From: Acidobacteriota bacterium
GTDB lineage: Bacteria > Acidobacteriota > Thermoanaerobaculia > Multivoradales > J023
Length of the DNA: 59,082 nt
NCBI GenBank assembly: GCA_029263355.1
Contig: JAJCXQ010000499.1
Coordinates: 1 to 59,082, forward strand
Direction: 5' to 3'
In this document: piece by piece, positions 6,261-14,740 of the stretch
How positions within the stretch are numbered: position 1 is the stretch's first letter
Layout: every line of letters starts with the position of its first letter
The notes under the pieces: model-generated
Database searches by the model: none
What the model saw: only the letters and a program-made list of their open reading frames with translations
What the model was told of the DNA's origin: nothing
Position numbers and translations under genes: made by a program

Positions 6261-7694
6261 GCCATCACCCATCGTGGTGTACATCGTGTCAAGCTCGGCG
6301 AAAGCTTCGGGCGCGGTGTCGGCGAGGGCGACCATGCCTAGGCCTTGGGGCTCGGGCTGATCACGGAAACCGAGGTCATTGAGTTGACGATCCCACCAAG
6401 CGGGCTGACGCGGGAACCAGGCATCGATATCGCTGGCTCCGGCCAGCTCGGGCTGGGTGACGGCGGCGGCGAGGAGGGACTCGGCGGCGCGGGCGTGGCG
6501 CGGATGGAAAAGGGCGTCACCCCAGGCGAGATGGTCTCCCCGACGGCGGAAGACACCCCAGCCGACAAGCCGACCCCAGCGACGGACGGCGAGCAGGACA
6601 TAGTTGACATCGGGGCAGCGCAGATAACGCCAGTTGAGGTACTTCGCGTCACGCTGGACGAGGAAACGGTAGTGCGGCGCCACCCGCTGAAAGAAGCGAT
6701 CCCAGGCGATGTCAACCTGATCGACTCGCTCGACGCGATAGCCACGACCGGCGGACCAGGAGGGCGCGGCGGCGAGTGGGCGTGACCTGAAATGGACCGG
6801 CAAGGTCTGGCTACCGCCGATGAACCAGCGGCAGAAACGTTGGATCGGGCCGGTGTTGAAGCCGAAGTAGAACCCGCAGCTACCGTCGCGATGGATAGAG
6901 AAGAAGTGGCGGACGGTGCGCGCCAGCAGGCTGCTCTTGCCACGACCGGTGTTGCGGAAGCTGGTGTCGGTCATCGTGTCGCCCATCTGCAGAGCGACAA
7001 ACGACCCGTCGCGCCACACTGGGATCGGGTAGCCGCCGTAATGCGACGCCAACTCGCCACCCGGGGCGACAGCGAGACTGATCCGGCATCTACCGCTGGG
7101 ACCGCCGTAGGGATTGTCGGCATACTTCCAGCGCCAGTGGTCGAGTCCGCGCTCGATATGGAAGCAGGTTTGAAAGAGGCGCAGAATGGCGTCCTCGTCA
7201 CCGGCTTGGTAGGGGCGGATGAGGAACGGGTCCTTACGCGCCGTCAAGATCTTCCAGTCAGGTGCGGTCTCGTCCTCGGTCCCGGCGTCGACGGTCAACG
7301 AATGATCCCGGGTGATCGCGAAGCCCGCCTCCGACAGCGATTGGACCACCTGTCGTAGCCTCACCTGATGGCGCGAAGGCAGGGCGCCCCGCTGTCGGGT
7401 GATTTCTGGTTCGGGGTCCTCGAGGGGGGTGACGACGATCAACTGACCCCGATCTCGCAGAGCGCGGCGAAAGCGTTCCACCGTCTCGCCAAGGTCCTGT
7501 GGTGCGATCGAGTCGTCGCTGTGGTTCCACAAAGCGGCATCAAAGCTGCCTGCGCCTACGTCTTGGCTCCCGGCCTGCCATGGATGAACGTCGTGACGCA
7601 CTCGTAGATGCTCATGGGTGGCCTCGTCCCAACCCAGGGTCAGGAGTCGAGTGGGGTTACCAAGGTGTGAGTCGAGGTAGGGAAGGAGCGTCAC
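6249..7694 (-). CDS. GNAT-family acyltransferase-like protein with an N-terminal, weakly methyltransferase-like domain
   Basis: The central and C-terminal region is GNAT-like: IRPYQAGDEDAILRLFQTCFHIERGLDHWRWKYADNPYG ... MGDTMTDTSFRNTGRGKSSLLARTVRHFF. The N-terminal ~150 aa resemble a class I methyltransferase fold with a degenerate motif I (LLTLGWDEA). The gene has a GTG start. Confidence 0.6.
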   Translation of the reverse strand: MTLLPYLDSHLGNPTRLLTLGWDEATHEHLRVRHDVHPWQAGSQDVGAGSFDAALWNHSDDSIAPQDLGETVERFRRALRDRGQLIVVTPLEDPEPEITRQRGALPSRHQVRLRQVVQSLSEAGFAITRDHSLTVDAGTEDETAPDWKILTARKDPFLIRPYQAGDEDAILRLFQTCFHIERGLDHWRWKYADNPYGGPSGRCRISLAVAPGGELASHYGGYPIPVWRDGSFVALQMGDTMTDTSFRNTGRGKSSLLARTVRHFFSIHRDGSCGFYFGFNTGPIQRFCRWFIGGSQTLPVHFRSRPLAAAPSWSAGRGYRVERVDQVDIAWDRFFQRVAPHYRFLVQRDAKYLNWRYLRCPDVNYVLLAVRRWGRLVGWGVFRRRGDHLAWGDALFHPRHARAAESLLAAAVTQPELAGASDIDAWFPRQPAWWDRQLNDLGFRDQPEPQGLGMVALADTAPEAFAELDTMYTTMGDGDLF

Positions 7695-7764
7695 GGTTCA
7701 AACGTTATACTCTCCGCCGCTGAGATTCCACAGACACAACGCGCACCTAGCGGCGGGCAAATCG

Positions 7765-9663
7765 ATGACCTCACCACCGGGCAAAACAGAGCAGGTACGG
7801 GCGACCAGTGCGCTGGTCTTGGCCCCGCACTATGACGACGAGGTGCTCGGTCCTGGCGGGTTGGTGACGCAGCTCACTGCTTCCGGGGCGGTGGTCCGTG
7901 TGCTCTTCCTGTCCGACAGCGGCGGGGTCGCAACCGATCCGGCGGAGCGGGCCGCCCTGAGCCAACGCCGTCGTCAAGAAGCGTTGGCGGCGGCCGAGGT
8001 GCTCGGCATCGCCGGGCTCGACCACCTCGACTTGCCCGATGGAGGTCTCGACCAGCATCGGGATGCCATGGCCGCGGGCATTCGACGGGCTCTGCTCTCA
8101 CAGCGTCCCGAGTTGTTGTTGGCGCCCTCGCCGCTCGAGATCAGCGCTGACCATCGGGCGGCGTTTCGTGCCCTCCACGAGACGCTGATCGGCATCCGCC
8201 CAGGCGATGCGTTATGGCCGGTGACTCGGGACCTCGAGATCCTGGCCTACGAGATCAACCATCCCCTTTACCCCGATCTGCTGGTCGACATCAGCCAGGA
8301 GGTCGAGACCCTGCGCCGGGCAATGGCTTGTTATGCCAGCCAGCAAGAGCAGCACAACTACCTGGAAGCGAGCCTCGGTTTGGCGAGGTTTCGCACCTTG
8401 TCGTTGGCTCCCGAGATCGAGGCCGTCGAAGCCTATCGGCGGCTCACCGTCGACGATTTCAGAACCTACGGTCCATCGCGGCTGATCGCTGAACTGGGAG
8501 GCGTGTCGCCGGCCCTTGCGCCCGTTGACGAGGGGCCAAAAATCTCGGTCATCGTCCGCACCAAAGATCGACCGGAGTTGCTCGCCGAGGCTCTGGCGAG
8601 TTTGGCGGCGAGTACCTACACACAAGCCGACGTGGTCGTTGTCAATGACGGTGGCGCGTCGCCGTCGTTGCCCGATGAGTTCCCGCTGCCGGTGAAGGTG
8701 GTTGATCTCGAGCACAACCGGGGACGCGCGATAGCCGCCAACGCCGGCATCGCCGCTGCCCGTGGCGACTACATCACGTTTCTGGACGACGATGACCTGG
8801 TGGAGCCAGAGCATCTCGCCACCCTCGCCGGAATGGTGGGCGCGGCCGGTGTGCGGGTCGCTTACACCGACGCAGCGGTTGGCGTTTACGAACTCTCAGA
8901 TGACGGTTGGTGCTGCGTCGAACGTCGTTTGCCCTACAGCCGCGATTTTGATCCCGAGCTGTTGCTGTTCGACAACTACATCCCATTCCACACCCTGCTG
9001 ATCGAGCGTGCGCTCTGCGAGCAGGTCGGAGCGTTGGACGCCGAGCTGCCATTCTTCGAAGACTGGGATTTTCTGATTCGCCTCGCTCGCCAGACACCGT
9101 TCCATCATTTGGCGCGGGTCACCTGCGAGTACCGGCACTTCCGTGGCGGCGGCCACCACATCTTGGGGGACAAGCCTCGCAGCCGCACCGACTTTCTGGA
9201 CATGAAGGCACGGGTTCTCCGCAAACACGCGCTGAACCCGGAGGTGGACATCCAGCGAGTGGCGGAGACCCTGGCCCAGGTGATCGATACGCTGCGGGCC
9301 GATCAGGTGGTCGAGAACGAAGACGTCAATCGTTTGCGTCGCGAGTTGGCGGATCGACGCGGCGAGGTGCAACAGGCCGAAGCGCGTTATCACCAGCTCA
9401 ACGGTGAGCTTCAAGGGGTTCAGATCCATCAGCAGGTGATTGAAGAATCCGAGCGCCGTACCCGCGAAGAGTTTCGCCAACGTGAGGCCGACATCCTTCG
9501 TCAGACTCAGGACATCCACTCCTTACAGGCGCAGATCGACGGCCAATCCAAGACCCTACGCCAGACCTATGATGAGATCGAACGGCTCAACGAGCTGATC
9601 CGTACTATGGAGTCGAGCAAGGCGTGGCGGATGCACCAGTGGATTCAGAGGCGTAAGGCGTGA
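7765..9663 (+). CDS. three-part fusion: PIG-L/LmbE-family deacetylase, GT2 glycosyltransferase and a C-terminal coiled coil
   Basis: The PIG-L motif is VLAPHYDDEVLGPGG. The GT2 motifs are ISVIVRTKDRPELL...VVVVNDGG and the DxD motif FLDDDD. The last ~130 aa are heptad-like and rich in charged residues and Gln (RLRRELADRRGEVQQAEARYHQLNGELQ...). Confidence 0.8.
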   Translation: MTSPPGKTEQVRATSALVLAPHYDDEVLGPGGLVTQLTASGAVVRVLFLSDSGGVATDPAERAALSQRRRQEALAAAEVLGIAGLDHLDLPDGGLDQHRDAMAAGIRRALLSQRPELLLAPSPLEISADHRAAFRALHETLIGIRPGDALWPVTRDLEILAYEINHPLYPDLLVDISQEVETLRRAMACYASQQEQHNYLEASLGLARFRTLSLAPEIEAVEAYRRLTVDDFRTYGPSRLIAELGGVSPALAPVDEGPKISVIVRTKDRPELLAEALASLAASTYTQADVVVVNDGGASPSLPDEFPLPVKVVDLEHNRGRAIAANAGIAAARGDYITFLDDDDLVEPEHLATLAGMVGAAGVRVAYTDAAVGVYELSDDGWCCVERRLPYSRDFDPELLLFDNYIPFHTLLIERALCEQVGALDAELPFFEDWDFLIRLARQTPFHHLARVTCEYRHFRGGGHHILGDKPRSRTDFLDMKARVLRKHALNPEVDIQRVAETLAQVIDTLRADQVVENEDVNRLRRELADRRGEVQQAEARYHQLNGELQGVQIHQQVIEESERRTREEFRQREADILRQTQDIHSLQAQIDGQSKTLRQTYDEIERLNELIRTMESSKAWRMHQWIQRRKA

Positions 9664-9673
9664 GGCATAAGGC

Positions 9674-10933
9674 GTGACGCGGATCGCGCTGTGTCCCTCC
9701 GAGCCGATCCGTCGGCGGATGGCGGGTATCGGCATTCGTTACTTCGAGCTGGCGCGGCGTCTGCCACAGCACGGGCTCGAAGTCGTGCTGCTGACCGCGG
9801 GTGACGTTGCCGAGGCCGCGGAGCTCGAAGGCCTCGTGGACGTCGACATCCGTGGCTTCGAGCGTGGCCGGTTACGTGAGCTCGTCGCTGACTGCCAGGG
9901 CGCCGTCGCCCAGGGGCATCTCGCCAACGACCTGTTGGTCGAGGTCCCGGAGCTGCCGACCGCAATCGATCTCTATGATCCGTTCCTGGTCGAGAATCTG
10001 CACTACGTGGACACTTTGGGGCTCGATCCTTATCGCAACGACCATGCGACCTGGGTCTTGCAGATGGCCGAAGGTGATTTCTTTCTGTGTTCCTCGGACG
10101 AGCAGAGACAATTCTATCTCGGATTTCTCAGCGCGGTCGGACGGCTCAACCCGATCCGATTGAAAGAGGACCCCGACCTCGCGGAGCTGATCGCGCTGGT
10201 ACCCTTCGGTGTGCCGAAGCAGTTGCCGGCACCTAGAAGGCTGCTACCCGAGCGGTCTGGCGCCGAGAAACGGCTGCTGTTTGGCGGACTTTACGATTGG
10301 TACGATCCGTGGCCGGTGTTACAGGCCCTCGAGATCCTCGACGAGCCCGATTGGATCGTCTACTTCATTCGTAACCCCAATCCCGACAGCACTCCTCAAA
10401 CCTTGGCGCGGGAGGTCGAGGATTGGTGCACACGGCGCGGCTGGTGGGGGGAGCGGGTGCAGATGCTCGATTGGGTGAATGCCGAGCGTCGCTACGATTT
10501 GTTGCGGGAAGTTGATCTGTTGGTTTCCACCCACCGCATCAACCTCGAGACGCGACTGTCGCTGCGTACGCGATTTCTCGACGCTCTGGCGGCGGGATGT
10601 CCGGTGGTGACCAGTGATGGCGGAGCGATGAGCCGCCTGTTGCGTCAGCATGGCGCCGGCTGGGTGGTGCCGCCGGCTGACGCCGCGGCGTTGGCGTCCG
10701 CGTTTCGTGAAGTGTTGACGGACAGCGAAGAGACCGCGGTCCGGCGCCGCGCCGCGGAAGGTTTGCTGCGACAGTTCAGTTGGGATCGGGTGCTCGAGCC
10801 GCTGGTACGGTTTTGCAACGCACCGCGGCTCGATCCAACCAAAGCCGAGTTCGCCTTCCGGCCGGCGACCCAGGCGCCAGCGGACACCTTCACCTTCCGA
10901 CTCCGGCGTCGGCTCCGGCGATGGCTGGGGTAG
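9674..10933 (+). CDS. glycosyltransferase, GT4/GT1 (group 1) family
   Basis: The C-terminal GT-B signature is LETRLSLRTRFLDALAAGCPVVTSDGGAMSRLLRQHGAGWVV. The gene has a GTG start 11 nt after the upstream stop. Confidence 0.7.
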   Translation: MTRIALCPSEPIRRRMAGIGIRYFELARRLPQHGLEVVLLTAGDVAEAAELEGLVDVDIRGFERGRLRELVADCQGAVAQGHLANDLLVEVPELPTAIDLYDPFLVENLHYVDTLGLDPYRNDHATWVLQMAEGDFFLCSSDEQRQFYLGFLSAVGRLNPIRLKEDPDLAELIALVPFGVPKQLPAPRRLLPERSGAEKRLLFGGLYDWYDPWPVLQALEILDEPDWIVYFIRNPNPDSTPQTLAREVEDWCTRRGWWGERVQMLDWVNAERRYDLLREVDLLVSTHRINLETRLSLRTRFLDALAAGCPVVTSDGGAMSRLLRQHGAGWVVPPADAAALASAFREVLTDSEETAVRRRAAEGLLRQFSWDRVLEPLVRFCNAPRLDPTKAEFAFRPATQAPADTFTFRLRRRLRRWLG

Positions 10934-10942
10934 GTGTGAGAA

Positions 10943-10977
10943 CGTCATGAGCCAGACCGTCATGAGCCAGACCGTCA
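10943..10977. repeat. perfect 15-bp tandem duplication (cgtcatgagccagac x2 plus cgtca) spanning the start codon of the GT2 gene
   Basis: Units lie at 10943-10957 and 10958-10972. They encode MSQTV-MSQTV and create two in-frame ATGs. Confidence 0.9.
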
Positions 10978-12350
10978 AAAAGAAACTGCGCAGCGTCTCG
11001 GTCCTGATCCTGAGTTGGAACGGCCGAGTGCATCTCGAAGCCTGTCTGCCGGCCCTCGACCAGCAGCTGCCCCCCGGGATCGACTATGAAGTGGTGGTGC
11101 TCGACAACGGCTCCACCGACGGTACCGTGGAGTGGGTCCGGCGTCACCATCCCCAAGTCCGCTTGATCTCGAGCCCGGTCAACCTGGGCTTTTGCGCCGG
11201 CAACAATCGACTGGTCGCCGAGTCCGAAGGTGACGCGGTCATCTTCCTCAACAACGATACGCGTCCGCAGCCGGAATGGTTGGGGGCCCTGGTGAATGCT
11301 TTGGCGCAGGCGCCGGACGATGTGGCGGCAATCTCCGGCCAGATCATCGATTGGCCGGGGGAGCGACTGGATTTTGCGCACGGTGTGCTGACCTTCGACG
11401 GCCATGCCTTTCAGCGTGACTTCGGCCGCCCGCTCGACGAGGTCACGGTGCCGGCGGCAGGCTCCGAGCTGCTCTTCGCCTGTGGCGGCAACATGATCGT
11501 GCGTCGTGAGTCGTTCCTCGCCGCAGGGGCGTTCGACGAAGACTATTTCGCCTATCTGGAAGACGTTGACCTCGGCTGGCGGTTGTGGTCCGGAGGCGAG
11601 CGCGTCCTGTTCGAACCCGGCGCCGTGGTGCATCATCGTTCGATGGCGACCAGCCAGCATCTGGGCAACGAGAATCGTGGTTTTCTCTTCGAGCGCAACG
11701 CTTTTCTGACCGCCTACAAGAACTACGAGCCGGAGCTGTGGCAGCGGTTGGCGCCGGCGATTCTGCTGACCCTGCAGCACCGCACCCAGACTTTGATGGT
11801 CCAAAACAACCCTGGCGGTGATCTGCTGACCATCAATCCCTACGCTGGGCAAATCGCCAATACTGGCCATGGCCCAGCGACACCCGAGGCGCCAGCGACC
11901 GCGACATCGGCGACCGCGGCGCCGGTCGCGCCGCCGCCGGTGGTCACCACTCTGTCTCAGAAATGGCGCGGCTATGGACCGCGGGAGTTCATGCGCCGCG
12001 GCGTCCGCAAGGCGGCGCATTCACTGCTCCCTGGCTGGCTGTGGGACGACGCATCAACGGCGCCGCAGCTGAGTGATCCGCGGACGGTAGCTCAACTGCG
12101 CGCTCTGACGAACATCATGGGTTGCCTCGCCACCTCGACCGCCCGCCGCCAGCAGGTCCAGGTTCGTCGGCGTCGATCGGATCGTGAGATCTTCGAACGT
12201 TTCCCGTTGTTCGTGGTTCCGACCTACCCGGGAGACGCAACGTTGTTCGCCAGCCCGGCGTTCGAATCCTGGCTACCCAACGATGTGCCTTTGGAGCGCG
12301 CCACCCTCGACGAGATCATGCGGACGGAGGGTCGATCGGCTCGACGATGA
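10947..12350 (+). CDS. glycosyltransferase family 2
   Basis: Motifs seen are VSVLILSWNGRVHLEACLPAL, VVVLDNGSTDGT, NLGFCAGNN and FLNNDT. Confidence 0.8.
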   Translation: MSQTVMSQTVKKKLRSVSVLILSWNGRVHLEACLPALDQQLPPGIDYEVVVLDNGSTDGTVEWVRRHHPQVRLISSPVNLGFCAGNNRLVAESEGDAVIFLNNDTRPQPEWLGALVNALAQAPDDVAAISGQIIDWPGERLDFAHGVLTFDGHAFQRDFGRPLDEVTVPAAGSELLFACGGNMIVRRESFLAAGAFDEDYFAYLEDVDLGWRLWSGGERVLFEPGAVVHHRSMATSQHLGNENRGFLFERNAFLTAYKNYEPELWQRLAPAILLTLQHRTQTLMVQNNPGGDLLTINPYAGQIANTGHGPATPEAPATATSATAAPVAPPPVVTTLSQKWRGYGPREFMRRGVRKAAHSLLPGWLWDDASTAPQLSDPRTVAQLRALTNIMGCLATSTARRQQVQVRRRRSDREIFERFPLFVVPTYPGDATLFASPAFESWLPNDVPLERATLDEIMRTEGRSARR

Positions 12351-12651
12351 CCGCCGTGCCGTACGCCAACATCTCGGCAGCGGTGGTGGCGATCTCGGAG
12401 CTCATGAACCGTGCCGTCACGATAGCGTTGGCGCCCAACTCCTGCGCTTCTTCGACCATGCGGTCGAGGGCCTGCTCGCGGGTCTCCGAGAGGATTTTGG
12501 TGTACTCGGTGATCTCGCCGCCCACCGTGTTGCGGAGCGCCGCGATCAGATCCTTGCCGAGATGACGACCTCGGACCGAGGCGCCGCGCACCAACCCGAG
12601 GGTGCGTACGATTCGCATATTGGTGATCGATTCCGTGGTGACGACAATCAT
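12316..12651 (-). CDS. YbjQ/UPF0145 family protein
   Basis: The full-length family pattern is present: MIVVTTESI...RIVRTLGLVRGASVRGRHLGKDLIAALRNTVGGEI.EYTKILSETREQALDRMVEEAQELGANAIVTARF. Its start overlaps the upstream stop in ATGA (12648-12651). Confidence 0.8.
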   Translation of the reverse strand: MIVVTTESITNMRIVRTLGLVRGASVRGRHLGKDLIAALRNTVGGEITEYTKILSETREQALDRMVEEAQELGANAIVTARFMSSEIATTAAEMLAYGTAVIVEPIDPPSA

Positions 12652-13091
12652 CGGTGTACTCCTCGGTAACGGTCGGTCTTGAGCTCTCGGAGGCGATCCG
12701 ATAGCACCGAGAGGAAGAGTAACAACAAGCTGCCGGGAAGGCCGAGCATCAGGAAGATCTCCAAGGGGTCACCACTCGAGGTGAGGAATCGCCACAGGGC
12801 GAACGCGGTCACCACCACCAGCCAGGCAATCATCACAACCCAACCCATTGAGCGGGTGAAGCGGCTGGGGCGGGTTCTGGGTAACTCGGGCCACTCGTCG
12901 TCACCAGGTGGCGTGAAGCGGGTCGACTGGGCAGCTTCCCGCAGCGTCCGTAGCTCGGTCAGCAAGTTGCGGCAAGAGCCGCAGTCTTCGACATGCAACC
13001 GCACTTTCTGCGCTTGCATCTGGGGTAGAGCGCCGTCGAGATATCCTGAAATCAGCTCCTCGTCAAAGGCGCGTGTGCAATTCTGGGCCAT
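12648..13091 (-). CDS. anti-sigma factor (zf-HC2 type, membrane-spanning)
   Basis: The H-x3-C-x2-C motif is HVEDCGSCRNLL. Two hydrophobic segments follow (WVVMIAWLVVVTAFALW and IFLMLGLPGSLLLLFLSVL). The gene sits directly downstream of the ECF sigma gene. Confidence 0.75.
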   Translation of the reverse strand: MAQNCTRAFDEELISGYLDGALPQMQAQKVRLHVEDCGSCRNLLTELRTLREAAQSTRFTPPGDDEWPELPRTRPSRFTRSMGWVVMIAWLVVVTAFALWRFLTSSGDPLEIFLMLGLPGSLLLLFLSVLSDRLRELKTDRYRGVHR

Positions 13092-13109
13092 GGCTCCGTT
13101 CTTTCTTCT

Positions 13110-13733
13110 CTAGTGAGCCAGGGCGTGCAGATCGGTCTGCAGCGTCTGTCTCAGGCGTTTTCGAGCGCCATGCAAGCGTGACATGACGGTGCCCAAAGGA
13201 ATGTTCAACGCTTCTGCGATTTCGGAATACGAAAGATCCTGATAGTCACGCAGCACTAGAATCTCGCGCTGGATCTGTGACAGCTCGTCGAGAGCCGCCA
13301 GCAGACGAACCCGGAGCTCGGCCTGGGACGCATCGCGTTCCGGGTCGACCGAGTCGTCGATCAACACAAGCTGCGGATTGCCCTCGTGGTCTGTTGCATC
13401 CAGGGAGTCGTGCCGTCGGACTCGGCGTCGACGGTAGAGATCAACCACCCGGTTGCGCACGATCTGAAAAAGCCACGGACGTACCGGTCGACGGCAATCG
13501 AATCTATTCAGAGTATTGAAAAATCGCAGAAGGGCTTCCTGGGCGACGTCCATCGCGTCGTCACGGTTACCCATCAGCTGCAACGCCAGAAAAAAAAGCG
13601 CCTGGCGGTGTCGCTCGGCCAGTTCCGTTTGCGCATCGCCATCTCCTAGGCGTGCGCGGGTCACCAGCTCGAATTCGCTTTCACGCGAAGCGGGGGGAGC
13701 GGTAGGCTCGGCAAGGATCATTTGCGTTTCCAC
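13110..13733 (-). CDS. RNA polymerase ECF-type sigma-70 factor
   Basis: Region 2 is DVAQEALLRFFNTLNRFDCRRPVRPWLFQIVRNRVVDLYRRR. Region 4 is LSYSEIAEALNIPLGTVMSRLHGARKRLR. The start is GTG at 13733, with an alternative ATG at 13721. Confidence 0.85.
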   Translation of the reverse strand: METQMILAEPTAPPASRESEFELVTRARLGDGDAQTELAERHRQALFFLALQLMGNRDDAMDVAQEALLRFFNTLNRFDCRRPVRPWLFQIVRNRVVDLYRRRRVRRHDSLDATDHEGNPQLVLIDDSVDPERDASQAELRVRLLAALDELSQIQREILVLRDYQDLSYSEIAEALNIPLGTVMSRLHGARKRLRQTLQTDLHALAH

Positions 13734-13783
13734 ACTAGACTGGTACGGACGGAATCGTCATCTATTCGACCGGGAGACAGAAT

Positions 13784-14740
13784 TTGCCAGATTTTTCTGT
13801 AGTCATTCCAACCTACAACCGCATGGACGTCCTGCCGGAGGTGCTGGCCGCTCTGGAAGCTCAGCAGTCGCCACCGAGCTTCGAGGTCATCGTGGTCGAC
13901 GACGGCTCGTCCGATGGCACCTCTGAGTGGCTCGCGGAGCAGAGCTTCGGGATGGCAATCAAAGTGATTCGACAGCAAAACCTCGGACCTGGCGCAGCCC
14001 GCAATAGGGGTGTGCAGGTCGCGAGCGGGGGCAGAGTGGCCTTCCTCGGTGACGACACCGTCCCGTCCAGGGGATGGCTCGCGACTCACGATCGTGCCAG
14101 TCGCGCGCTGGAGGACCGCGACCACGTTGCGGTCCTGGGTTATACAGCTTGGCATCCGCGGCTACGCCTCAACCCGTTCCTGAGCTACATCAACGAATAC
14201 GGTCTGCAGTTTGGCTACGCGCTGATCGAAGATCCCAACTCGGTCCCCTTCAACTTCTTCTACACGTCGAACATTACTCTGCCCCGGGACCTGTTGCTGC
14301 GGGAGCCTTTCGATCTGCAGTTTCCCTATGCGGCATGGGAAGATACCGAAGTCAGCTACCGGCTCTGCAAAGGCGGGATGCGACTGGTCTACGAGGCCGA
14401 GGCGACAGTCGCCCACGATCATCCGACGACCGTCAAACGATTCACTCAGCGCCAAGAGAAAGCGGGTTATTCGGCGGTGGTTTTTTATCAGCTGCACGAA
14501 GAGCTGGGTTCCTTTCTCGGCCTCGCTCCCGAGGGGCCGCCGCCGCTGCCTTCACGCTGGCGACAATGGCGAGATGAGTGGTTGGCTCGAATTTTGCAGC
14601 CTTTTCCGGTCAGGAGGCCTCGCCTCTGGGAGAATGTCCTACGTGACCACTACATCAGGGGGTTACACCGGGGCTGGCGAGACCGGATGAGGCCCGTGGA
14701 GGAGACACGTCATGTACAGAGCCCGCAAGAGGGACAATAG
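13784..14740 (+). CDS. glycosyltransferase family 2
   Basis: Motifs seen are FSVVIPTYNRMDVLPEVLAAL and VIVVDDGSSDGT. The start is TTG, with GGGAGA at 13772-13777. Confidence 0.8.
   Translation: MPDFSVVIPTYNRMDVLPEVLAALEAQQSPPSFEVIVVDDGSSDGTSEWLAEQSFGMAIKVIRQQNLGPGAARNRGVQVASGGRVAFLGDDTVPSRGWLATHDRASRALEDRDHVAVLGYTAWHPRLRLNPFLSYINEYGLQFGYALIEDPNSVPFNFFYTSNITLPRDLLLREPFDLQFPYAAWEDTEVSYRLCKGGMRLVYEAEATVAHDHPTTVKRFTQRQEKAGYSAVVFYQLHEELGSFLGLAPEGPPPLPSRWRQWRDEWLARILQPFPVRRPRLWENVLRDHYIRGLHRGWRDRMRPVEETRHVQSPQEGQ

Noticed and set aside
10890-12020. 376-aa ORF antisense to the GT2 gene at 10947-12350
   Set aside because: It is Arg-rich low-complexity translation opposite a gene with clear GT2 motifs, so it is a shadow ORF.
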